A stretch of DNA of 64,000 nt from Acidimicrobiales bacterium (GTDB lineage Bacteria > Actinomycetota > Acidimicrobiia > Acidimicrobiales > SZUA-35). The position numbers and the translations under genes are program-made. The first letter of the stretch is position 1. Each line of letters opens with the position of its first letter. Positions 16,785-24,849 of this stretch are shown in pieces. Where the stretch lies: assembly GCA_037969565.1 (NCBI GenBank), contig JBBKXQ010000103.1, forward strand, positions 107 through 64,106, in the 5' to 3' direction. A model generated the notes under the pieces. The model had not been told where the DNA came from. It ran no database searches and was given only the letters and a program-made list of their open reading frames with translations.

Positions 16785-19022
16785 TCATACGGCGAGGATG
16801 AACACCGCAGCCAACAGCGTGGCCGCACCGAACATCAGGGTTGCGTAATTACGGATCTTGCCGGATTGCATCTTGCGGAGGAATCCGCCCGAGCTGAGGG
16901 CAGACAGGCCCGATCCGTTGACCGAGCCATCAATGAGCCCTTGGTCGATGAACCGATAGAGGAACTGGCCGCCGAAGACGGCGCCCTTGCCTGTGTAGTT
17001 GATGACGTTGTCGATCACGTTCTGGTTGAACCAGTAGATCGCCCGGGCCAGAGGGCCCTTGGTACCCGCTGCGATCACGTCGGTGTAGAGGTGATCGAGG
17101 TAATACTTCTGCACCAACATCGTGTGGCCGGCCCGAGCAAACTTGTTGTGATCACGGAGGCCGCCCGTGACCTCGGTGGCCCGTGGGTTCTTGGCGAACA
17201 GGCGGCGGTAGTACTCATAGGTGAAGTAGATGGCCACGACACCGATGAGGGTGGCCAGGATCGCCATCGCCGGACTGGCCGAAGCGTGGCTGATCAGCGG
17301 GAAGACCTTGCCGCCACCGGGCTCGACCCAGTGTTCGAACTTCAGGCCGATGGTGTCGCCCACCCATTCGGTCGGCATGTTGATCAGACCGGCAACGACC
17401 GCGAGCCCGGCCAGCACCTGGAGCGGGATCATCATGCGGGGGCCTGGATCGTGGGGATGGTCGTGGCCCCGATATTCACCGAAGAAGACGAGCATGATCA
17501 CGCGTGTCATGTAGGCGGCAGTGAGCGCCGCTCCGAGAAGTCCGAACACGAGAGGAATGGTGTAATCGCCGTTGCCGCCAGTGCCGGGGAAGGCGCCGGC
17601 TCCCACCAAGATCTCGTCCTTGCTCCAGAAACCGGCGAGGGGGAAGAGACCGATGAGTGCTCCGGTGGCGATCATGAAGGTGACGAACGTCTTGGGCATC
17701 AGCTTCCGCAGACCGCCCATCTCGGCCTTCATGTCGAAGCTGTGATGGCAGGCGTGGCTGAGGGCTCCGGCCCCGAGGAAAAGGCACGCTTTGAAGATGG
17801 CGTGGGTGAAGAGGTGGAACATGGCGGCAGTCCAGGCGCCCATACCGAGAGCCATCACCATGTAGCCGAGCTGGCTCACCGTCGAGTAGGCCAACACCTT
17901 CTTGATGTCGTTCTGCACGAAGGCCAGCAGACCTCCGCCGACAACCGTGATGCCACCGATGAGGGCCATGGCGTTGATGCTGCTGCCGGGAATCGACAGG
18001 CCGAACCAGAACACGGGGTAGAGGCGACCGATCAGGTAGATGCCGGCGACGACCATCGTGGCGGCGTGAATCAGCGCGCTGACGGGTGTTGGACCTGCCA
18101 TGGCGTCGGGCAGCCAGGTGTGCAGAACGAACTGGCCCGATTTCGACATGACGGCGGCCATGAGCGACAAGCTGGCGACGGTGAGCGTGCCCTGACTGAT
18201 GTCGCCGTTGACGGCTGCCTCGTTGATGGTTTGGATGTCGAACGTTCGACCGGCGGCGAAGAAGAGAATCGACATGCCGACCAACAGCCCGATATCGCCG
18301 ACCCGGTTGGTGAGGAAGGCCTTCAACGCGGCGTCGGAATTGGCCTTCTCCTCCCACCAGTGACCGATGAGCGCGAACGAGCAGACGCCGACGAGTTCCC
18401 ATCCGACGATCAGCTGCAGCGTGCTTGAACTGAGGACCATGAACAGCATGGCTGCGGTGAACAAGCTGAGGAAAGCGAAGTAGTGGGTGTAACGCCGATC
18501 ACCGCTCACGTAGTCGGTGGAGAAAATGTGCACCAGCAACGAGATGAAGGTGACGACGATCAGCAGCAGAACCGACTGCCCATCGATGAGGGTTCCGATG
18601 CCCACCGCTTTGGGCGCGCTCAAGTCGTCGCAGTTGTTGTTCGGCGCCTCGCCGGTGTCGAACCAGCAGAGCGAGTTCACGACGGCGGCAGGTTTGCCTT
18701 CGACCTCTCCGCCTTCACCCGAAGCTTCAGTGGCGAACTCACCAGTACTGCTCGCCGCCAACTCGAGCCCAGAGGCCTCGGCGTGTTCGACTCCGCCCGA
18801 CTCGATCTGGGAGATCCACGTGAATCCGGTGGCAAGCGCCAGGAAGAAGCAGATGCTGACCGCGGTGACGCCGATCCAATGGACCTGCCCGCCCAGACGC
18901 TTTCCGAAGAAGAGCGTGATCAGGAACGACCCGGCCATGATCGCAGGGATCAGGAAGGCGTAATCGAACAGCCAATGGCTGACCTCGAACGTCTCGACGG
19001 CTTCGGTGGCAAAGAGGAACAT
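16785..19022 (-). CDS. nuoL: NADH-quinone oxidoreductase subunit L (11-gene operon), with an insertion in an N-terminal loop
   Basis: 745 aa with HWWEEKANSDAALKAFLTNRVGDIG and WLPDAMAGPTPVSALIHAATMV, plus a C-terminal lateral-helix region. Confidence 0.95.
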   Translation of the reverse strand: MFLFATEAVETFEVSHWLFDYAFLIPAIMAGSFLITLFFGKRLGGQVHWIGVTAVSICFFLALATGFTWISQIESGGVEHAEASGLELAASSTGEFATEASGEGGEVEGKPAAVVNSLCWFDTGEAPNNNCDDLSAPKAVGIGTLIDGQSVLLLIVVTFISLLVHIFSTDYVSGDRRYTHYFAFLSLFTAAMLFMVLSSSTLQLIVGWELVGVCSFALIGHWWEEKANSDAALKAFLTNRVGDIGLLVGMSILFFAAGRTFDIQTINEAAVNGDISQGTLTVASLSLMAAVMSKSGQFVLHTWLPDAMAGPTPVSALIHAATMVVAGIYLIGRLYPVFWFGLSIPGSSINAMALIGGITVVGGGLLAFVQNDIKKVLAYSTVSQLGYMVMALGMGAWTAAMFHLFTHAIFKACLFLGAGALSHACHHSFDMKAEMGGLRKLMPKTFVTFMIATGALIGLFPLAGFWSKDEILVGAGAFPGTGGNGDYTIPLVFGLLGAALTAAYMTRVIMLVFFGEYRGHDHPHDPGPRMMIPLQVLAGLAVVAGLINMPTEWVGDTIGLKFEHWVEPGGGKVFPLISHASASPAMAILATLIGVVAIYFTYEYYRRLFAKNPRATEVTGGLRDHNKFARAGHTMLVQKYYLDHLYTDVIAAGTKGPLARAIYWFNQNVIDNVINYTGKGAVFGGQFLYRFIDQGLIDGSVNGSGLSALSSGGFLRKMQSGKIRNYATLMFGAATLLAAVFILAV

Positions 19023-19030
19023 ACGGAGCG

Positions 19031-19330
19031 TCAGCCTTGGAGGAGGTCGGCTTCGGATACGTCGATGCTCCGACGATTCCGGTAGATGAGCAGGACGATG
19101 GCGAGTCCGACGCCGACTTCAGCGGCGGCGACAGCGATGATGAACAGGGCGAAGACCTGACCGCTGATGTCGTCGTTGAACGCACCGAAGGCGACCATGT
19201 TGACGTTGACCGCGTTGAGGATCAGCTCGATCGACATGAGAACCAGCACGCCGTTCTTGCGGGTGAGAACCCCGTAGACGCCGATACAGAACAACAGCGC
19301 CGAGAACAGCAGGAATTGATTGAGAAACAT
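19031..19330 (-). CDS. nuoK: NADH-quinone oxidoreductase subunit K (11-gene operon)
   Basis: 99 aa from ATG 19330: MFLNQFLLFSALLFCIGVYGVLTRKNGVLVLMSIELILNAVNV... The tracked ORF's 76-aa Arg-rich extension is rejected. Confidence 0.93.
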   Translation of the reverse strand: MFLNQFLLFSALLFCIGVYGVLTRKNGVLVLMSIELILNAVNVNMVAFGAFNDDISGQVFALFIIAVAAAEVGVGLAIVLLIYRNRRSIDVSEADLLQG

Positions 19331-19338
19331 GGGCGCCC

Positions 19339-19887
19339 CTAATCCCGACGGGCCACGACGACGGCCCCGATCAATGCGGCGAGAAGCAGCAGCGAGATGG
19401 CCTCGAACGGCACGATGTAGGTGCTGAAGATCGAGTCGGCGACCTGCTGGGTCCCTTGAACTTGACGATCGACGGGCAGCGTCTGGTCGTCGAATGCTTC
19501 GACCAATGAGTAGGCCATCACGGCGAAGAGCGACGTGGCCACGAGTGCACCGATCCACCGCTGCTCGTGGTCGAGATCGTCTTCAGCCCCGATTTTGGCT
19601 CGGGTGAGCATCACCCCGAACAGGAGCAACACCATGATGGCACCGACGTAGACCAGTACTTGGGTGGCGGCCGCGAACTCGGCGCCGAGGATCACGTAGA
19701 TCGCTGCCACCGACGCAAGAACGACCAGCAGATAGAGCGCGGCGTGCACGACGTTGCTGGTGGTGACCATTCGCACGGCAGCGACGAGCGCGACGAGCGC
19801 GACCACATAGAAGAAACCGTTGATCACCCACTCTTCCGTGCTGGTGAGCGAAGTCGTTTCCTGGGCAAGGACGAGGATTCCGCTCAA
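19339..19887 (-). CDS. nuoJ: NADH-quinone oxidoreductase subunit J (11-gene operon)
   Basis: 182 aa with [16 protein letters not shown]. Position is between nuoI and nuoK. Confidence 0.9.
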   Translation of the reverse strand: MSGILVLAQETTSLTSTEEWVINGFFYVVALVALVAAVRMVTTSNVVHAALYLLVVLASVAAIYVILGAEFAAATQVLVYVGAIMVLLLFGVMLTRAKIGAEDDLDHEQRWIGALVATSLFAVMAYSLVEAFDDQTLPVDRQVQGTQQVADSIFSTYIVPFEAISLLLLAALIGAVVVARRD

Positions 19888-20384
19888 CGAGGGACCTTCT
19901 TCGCCTTGACGTCAGCACCTGGTTCGTAGGTCTCGAAATCCGGGACCGTCTCCATCCACTCACCCAGACGGGTCTTGTCGTGAAGGAGATCGGCGATCTT
20001 CGGCTCGGAGTATTCGTATTCCGGGCTCCAGAACAGCGCCTCGAAGGGACAGACCTCGACGCAGATTCCGCAGTACATGCAGAGCGAATAGTCGATGTCG
20101 AAGCGATCGAGCTTGTTGACCGAACGGGGTTTGCCGCCGGCCCGCCGAGGTGGGGCAAGCGTTTTGTGACCCTCGATGTAGATGCACCAATCGGGGCATT
20201 CGCGGGCACAGAGCATGCACGATGTGCAGTTCTCCTCGTGGAGGGCGATCACGCCGCGTGCCCGAGGAGCAGGGTCTTCCTTTTCGTGCGGATACTGAAC
20301 CGTTTCCGCGCCGTTGACCACCGTCTTGGCCAGTTCTTTGAAGGTGAGGCCGAGGCCTTTCACCAATCCCGGTACCAGCCCCAT
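19884..20384 (-). CDS. nuoI: NADH-quinone oxidoreductase subunit I, 2x[4Fe-4S] (11-gene operon)
   Basis: Start at ATG 20384 ([18 protein letters not shown]...). Cluster motifs [12 protein letters not shown] and [12 protein letters not shown]. Confidence 0.93.
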   Translation of the reverse strand: MGLVPGLVKGLGLTFKELAKTVVNGAETVQYPHEKEDPAPRARGVIALHEENCTSCMLCARECPDWCIYIEGHKTLAPPRRAGGKPRSVNKLDRFDIDYSLCMYCGICVEVCPFEALFWSPEYEYSEPKIADLLHDKTRLGEWMETVPDFETYEPGADVKAKKVPR

Positions 20385-20457
20385 CAGCCGCACACTCCCT
20401 GCTCGAATCGCCCGACAGTCTGGCTGCAAGCGCTGCTCTTCGCACCCGTTGAAATGA

Positions 20458-21525
20458 TCATGAGCCCGTGAACGCCACTTTCAATACGCCGGTGACGGCG
20501 ATGTTCACCAGTGCGATCGGGATCAGCACCTTCCAGGCGAACCTCTGGAGCTGATCCTCGCGGAATCTCGGGTAGGTGAAACGAACCCAGTAGATGACGA
20601 ACGTGAGCATCAGCATCTTCACCGTCATCACGAGCGGGCCGATCACGTTGAACCAGGCCGAGTCGTACTCGAGGCCGATCAGGTCGGTGATGAAAGGCGG
20701 GATACTCCAGCCCCCGAGAAACAGGACCGAGGCCAGGAAGGCGAAGATTCCGGCGGTGGCGAATTCGCCGATGAAGAACATCAGGAAACGCATCCCCGAA
20801 TATTCGGTCATGTAGCCGCTGACCAATTCGGATTCGGCGATGGGCATGTCGAACGGCACCTGCGTGAGTTCGGCCTGAACGGCGATCACGAAGATCATGA
20901 AACCGACGAACTGCGTGAGGATGAACGGCAGGCCGAGGCCTCCGAATCCGAAGATCTCGCCATTGATCTGGGCGTAGACGATCTGTTGGAGATTGAGTGT
21001 TCCGGCTTGGATGACGACCCCGACAACGGCGAGAACCATCGGGAGTTCGTAAGCGATGAGCTGACCAGCGGCCCGCAAACCACCGAGCAAGGAGTATTTC
21101 GAGGCGCTCGACCAGCCCGCCATGAGGATCCCGATGACCGAAATCGAGCTGACCGCCAGCGCGAAGAACACGCCTGTGTCGAGATCGGTGAAGAGCGCAT
21201 TCGGTCCGAACGGCACCACGACCGCAAGCAAAAAGGTGCTGAGCAACACGACATAGGGCGCCATGGCGAAAATCGTGCGATCGGCCTTGGCCGGAAAGAT
21301 GTCTTCCTTCTGGAGCGACTTACCGACCTCGGCCAGAAGCTGGAGCGACCCGTAGGGACCAGCCTCCATGGGGCCGAGCCGACTCTGCATGAACGAGACC
21401 ATCTTGAACAGGTACAGATAGACGGTGACGCCGGCGGGTCCGAGGACCACCAAGAGCACCAACCCCATCTTCAGGAGGGTGCTCGACCACCAAGGAAAGT
21501 CGACGGCGAGGAGAGCAGCGGTCAC
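20458..21525 (-). CDS. nuoH: NADH-quinone oxidoreductase subunit H (11-gene operon)
   Basis: 355 aa with a GTG start. Contains [30 protein letters not shown] and [12 protein letters not shown]. Confidence 0.95.
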   Translation of the reverse strand: MTAALLAVDFPWWSSTLLKMGLVLLVVLGPAGVTVYLYLFKMVSFMQSRLGPMEAGPYGSLQLLAEVGKSLQKEDIFPAKADRTIFAMAPYVVLLSTFLLAVVVPFGPNALFTDLDTGVFFALAVSSISVIGILMAGWSSASKYSLLGGLRAAGQLIAYELPMVLAVVGVVIQAGTLNLQQIVYAQINGEIFGFGGLGLPFILTQFVGFMIFVIAVQAELTQVPFDMPIAESELVSGYMTEYSGMRFLMFFIGEFATAGIFAFLASVLFLGGWSIPPFITDLIGLEYDSAWFNVIGPLVMTVKMLMLTFVIYWVRFTYPRFREDQLQRFAWKVLIPIALVNIAVTGVLKVAFTGS

Positions 21526-21545
21526 GCGATCACCCCTGCAGTCGA

Positions 21546-21711
21546 AGCTGTGGATCGATGTTGTGAGCGCCAGCGAGCAACTCGGTTAGTGAGCGAAGCG
21601 AACGGCGTAGGAGAAACGAACGGCGTCACGAGACCACCTCCGCAGCCGGAGCTGTCGGTCGATGTGGTGAGCGCCAGCGAGCAACTCGGTTAGTGAGCGA
21701 AGCGAACGGCG
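21546..21711. repeat. Two 62-bp direct repeats (59/62 identical, 104-bp period) filling the nuoD-nuoH spacer
   Basis: Copies at 21546-21607 and 21650-21711. The perfect 45-bp core is gtgagcgccagcgagcaactcggttagtgagcgaagcgaacggcg (21563-21607 and 21667-21711). The copy edges echo the nuoD 3' end (cggtcgatgt). Confidence 0.9.
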
Positions 21712-21714
21712 GCG

Positions 21715-22887
21715 TCATCGGTCGATGTCTCCGAGGATGAAATAGAGCGACGCCAGGATCGTGATGACGTCGGGAACGTAGGTGCCCTTCAGCAACCAGG
21801 GCGAAATGCTCATGTTGTTGAAACTGGCGGAGCGAATCTTGACTCGGAACGGCTCGAGGCCGCCCTTGCTCACGACGTAATAACCCATCTCGCCCAGCGG
21901 GTTCTCGGTGGCCACGTAGGCCTCACCTTCGGGAACCTTGATGATGCGGGGCACCTTCGCCATGATGGGACCGGCGGGAATCGTGTCGAGCAACTGATCG
22001 ACCATGCTGCAGCTCTCACGCACCTCTTGGAGGCGAACCCACGAGCGGGCGTAGGCGTCGCCGTCGGGATGAGTCCAGACTTTCCAGTCGATCTTGTCGT
22101 AGGCGAGGGCAGTGGGAGCATCTCGGCGCAGGTCCCAGTCGACACCCGAGCCCCGAATGTTCGCACCACTCAGCCCGTAGCTGAGACCGACATCGGCCGG
22201 AATGACGCCGATGCCCCGCGTGCGAGCTTCGAAGATCTCGTTGCCGAACAGCAGACCTTCGATGAGATCGCAAAAATCACGGATCTTGTCGATGCTCTGC
22301 TTCGTTTCGGCAATCCACCCCGATGGCAAGTCGTCCTTGACGCCGCCGATTCGATCGAAGTTCGGGTGGAACCGGCCGCCAGTGACGGACTCGATCTGGT
22401 TGAGGATGTGCTCGCGATCGCGGAAGGCATAGAAGACCGGCGTGACCGCACCGAGCTGCACACCGAGGTCGCCCAAGAACAGGGTGAGGTGACCGATCCG
22501 ACCGAGCTCGAACAGGATCGTGCGAATGTGCTGGGCCCGAGCTGGTGCCTCGATACCCATCAACTGTTCAGCGGCGAGGATGAACGGCACTTCGTTGCAG
22601 AAGCTCCCGAGCCAGTCGATGCGGTTGACGAGTGTGGTGACCTGGGCGTAGGTACGAACCTCGGTGAGCTTCTCGTAACCCCGATGCATGTAGCCCATGA
22701 TCGGTTCGGCCTCGATCACCTGCTCGCCGTCGAGGCGAGCCACGATGCGGAGCGTGCCGTGGGTCGCCGGATGCTGAGGACCGATATTGAGGGTCATGCC
22801 CTCGGCTTCGAGTTCGAGATTGACCCGAGCGTCGGCTGCTTGAGCCGCCACATAGGCCAATTGTCGGCGATCACTGATGGCGGTCAT
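21715..22887 (-). CDS. nuoD: NADH-quinone oxidoreductase subunit D (11-gene operon)
   Basis: 390 aa with NIGPQHPATHGTLRIV, GYMHRGYEKL and C-terminal FILGDIDR. Confidence 0.95.
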   Translation of the reverse strand: MTAISDRRQLAYVAAQAADARVNLELEAEGMTLNIGPQHPATHGTLRIVARLDGEQVIEAEPIMGYMHRGYEKLTEVRTYAQVTTLVNRIDWLGSFCNEVPFILAAEQLMGIEAPARAQHIRTILFELGRIGHLTLFLGDLGVQLGAVTPVFYAFRDREHILNQIESVTGGRFHPNFDRIGGVKDDLPSGWIAETKQSIDKIRDFCDLIEGLLFGNEIFEARTRGIGVIPADVGLSYGLSGANIRGSGVDWDLRRDAPTALAYDKIDWKVWTHPDGDAYARSWVRLQEVRESCSMVDQLLDTIPAGPIMAKVPRIIKVPEGEAYVATENPLGEMGYYVVSKGGLEPFRVKIRSASFNNMSISPWLLKGTYVPDVITILASLYFILGDIDR

Positions 22888-23672
22888 GAGGCATCTCCGC
22901 TGTCGCTTGGCGTCTCATCAGCGACGTCGCTGCTGACTGCGTCGGGCGCTGGGGATGAGGGATCTGAGGACGAGGGATCTGCGACGTCGTCGGGATTGGT
23001 GGCCGTCGGCTCGTCTTTGGCCGGCATCGGCTCGACGTCGACGATTCCGGGCCATGGCTTCACCAGCCGAGCCAGAAGCGGGAAGTCCTTGCGCATCGGG
23101 TGGCCTTCGAAGTCTCCGGGAAGGTAGATCTTCTGCAACCCTGGGTGACCGGCGAAGTTGATGCCGAACATCTCGAAGGCCTCACGCTCGTGCCAATTGG
23201 CGCCGGCGTAGACACCGGTCCAAGAGGGAACCGTCAGCGTGTCGTCGGGAACATCGGACTTGATGTGGACTCCGAGCCCGGTGGTGAGGTTGTAGACGCG
23301 AGACAGGATCTGGAAGCGAGTCTCGCCACCGGCGTAGCCTCGCACGATCTCGGTTGTGGCCGCCGATTCGGCCTCACCATTTGCCTCGATCTCGAGCGCC
23401 GAGTCGACGGCGGAGTCGAGGCTGCGACCGAACGGAGAAGGCAACCAATCGATCACGGAGATGAAGTCGAAGAACCGGAATCGTTGCCGCTCGCGGAGAT
23501 ATTCCGCCACGTCGGCCAGCGACTCGGGGGCAACGCGGATCCACAGATCGACGCCCGGGATGAGATGGTGTTCGATCAGTTGATCGCCGAGCTCGGCGAC
23601 CAAGACCTCGAGGAGTGCCTCGCGGGCCTCGTCCGGAACGGTCTCTTCGGCTACTTCGGTGGTGTCAGTCAT
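22884..23672 (-). CDS. nuoC: NADH-quinone oxidoreductase subunit C with an acidic Ser/Pro/Asp-rich C-terminal tail (11-gene operon)
   Basis: 262 aa. The core carries WHEREAFEMFGINFAGHPGLQKIYLP. The tail is DEPTATNPDDVADPSSSDPSSPAPDAVSSDVADETPSDSGDAS. Confidence 0.9.
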   Translation of the reverse strand: MTDTTEVAEETVPDEAREALLEVLVAELGDQLIEHHLIPGVDLWIRVAPESLADVAEYLRERQRFRFFDFISVIDWLPSPFGRSLDSAVDSALEIEANGEAESAATTEIVRGYAGGETRFQILSRVYNLTTGLGVHIKSDVPDDTLTVPSWTGVYAGANWHEREAFEMFGINFAGHPGLQKIYLPGDFEGHPMRKDFPLLARLVKPWPGIVDVEPMPAKDEPTATNPDDVADPSSSDPSSPAPDAVSSDVADETPSDSGDAS

Positions 23673-23696
23673 GCTGGGTGCTCACTCGAGCGACGC

Positions 23697-24200
23697 TCAC
23701 GCGCCAATCTCGAGCGGATCTCCCTTCCACTTTTCGACCATGTCCTCGTGTTGGATGATCTCCTGCAGCAGCACGATTCCTTCTAGCAGCGCCTCGGGCC
23801 GAGGAGGACATCCGGGCACGTACACATCGACGGGGATGATCTGATCGATGCCCTTCGTGACGCTGTAGCTGTCCCAGTACGGACCGCCGCAGTTGGCGCA
23901 CGAACCCATCGAAATGACGTACTTCGGCTCGGGCATCTGCTCGTAGAGCCGTCGAATCGCCGGTGCCATCTTGTCGGTGACGGTTCCCGACACCACAACG
24001 AGGTCGGCCTGGCGTGGACTGGCCGGGAGAGGAATGACGCCGAGACGCATCACGTCATAACGGGGCGACCCGAAAGCAGCACCCATCTCGATCGCACAGC
24101 AAGCGAGCCCCCACTGGTAGACCCAGAGAGAATATTTGCGGCTCGTGTTGAGCAACGTGGTGAGAGCTTTGGGCATCTTGCCCGAGTCAACGAGACCCAT
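23697..24200 (-). CDS. nuoB: NADH-quinone oxidoreductase subunit B (11-gene operon)
   Basis: Start at ATG 24200 (MGLVDSG...). Contains [21 protein letters not shown] and GCPPRPEAL (N2 cluster ligands). Confidence 0.93.
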   Translation of the reverse strand: MGLVDSGKMPKALTTLLNTSRKYSLWVYQWGLACCAIEMGAAFGSPRYDVMRLGVIPLPASPRQADLVVVSGTVTDKMAPAIRRLYEQMPEPKYVISMGSCANCGGPYWDSYSVTKGIDQIIPVDVYVPGCPPRPEALLEGIVLLQEIIQHEDMVEKWKGDPLEIGA

Positions 24201-24289
24201 GGAGGAGTTACTCCGGAATGTTTGTGGATGGCGAACGTGATTGTGCGTTGGTGTTGCGGAAACGAGCGGGTGGATTTTGCGTCGCGGGC

Positions 24290-24655
24290 TCAAACCCAGC
24301 GCAAGACACCCTTCCGCCAGGCATAAGCCAGACCGAGGGCGAGAATGAAGATGAAGATCACCATCTCGACCAAGCCGAAGAACCCATAAGCCTCGAGACG
24401 AGTGGCCCAAGGAAAGATGAACACGGCTTCAACGTCGAACATGACGAACAACAAGGCAAAGATGTAATAGCGGATTTGGCTCTGTGACCAGCCCGATCCG
24501 ACCGGATCAACACCACTCTCGTAGTTCTCGAGCTTCGCCGACGTTGGGCGGCTGGGGCGCAGGAAGCTGCCGGCACCGATCAACGTGCCAACGAGCACGA
24601 TGGCCAGGCCGCCAAAAATAGCGACAATTGCGTAGTCACGAAGGAAGTCCGACAC
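24290..24655 (-). CDS. nuoA: NADH-quinone oxidoreductase subunit A (11-gene operon)
   Basis: Start placed at GTG 24655 ([16 protein letters not shown]...). Contains YESGVDP...[23 protein letters not shown]. An upstream start (up to 24736) cannot be excluded. Confidence 0.85.
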   Translation of the reverse strand: MSDFLRDYAIVAIFGGLAIVLVGTLIGAGSFLRPSRPTSAKLENYESGVDPVGSGWSQSQIRYYIFALLFVMFDVEAVFIFPWATRLEAYGFFGLVEMVIFIFILALGLAYAWRKGVLRWV

Positions 24656-24849
24656 GGGGCGAGATGGTATCTGTCCAGCGAAGCTTCGACCAAGCTCTCC
24701 CGTATTTAGATGTTGACTCGCCCGCGGGCTGAGCAAGGGCGATGAGCGAGAACGTGGTCGGGGATCGGCTCACGATCGTCAAGCGACCGCCCTCGGCCTC
24801 GCTGATCGACCGTCGTCGTGCTGACCGTTTGCTCACATGGGTCGGCTGG

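Noticed and set aside
14831-18428. Long plus-strand ORFs (14831-16801, 656 aa; 16581-18428, 615 aa) opposite nuoM and nuoL. Similar ones lie elsewhere, for example 8125-9450, 9173-10528, 25186-26550, 30241-31398, 57697-58623 and 58791-59906.
   Set aside because: They are antisense shadows of well-supported genes in a high-GC sequence. Their translations are dominated by Arg/Gly/Asp/Glu/His runs with no recognisable motifs. The opposite strand encodes canonical Nuo, Acs, GlgB and Hem proteins.
13537-21711. The tandem and direct repeats at 13537-13709 and 21546-21711, considered as possible CRISPR arrays.
   Set aside because: Each has only two copies. The units are 47-62 bp without CRISPR-like spacing or unique spacers of matching length, and no cas genes are present.
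24201-24289. The 89-nt nuoA-nuoB spacer in the 11-gene operon, considered as a site for a small ORF or a longer NuoB N-terminus.
   Set aside because: There is no in-frame ATG, GTG or TTG upstream of ATG 24200 within the spacer, and no separate ORF with a plausible start. It is left as non-coding.
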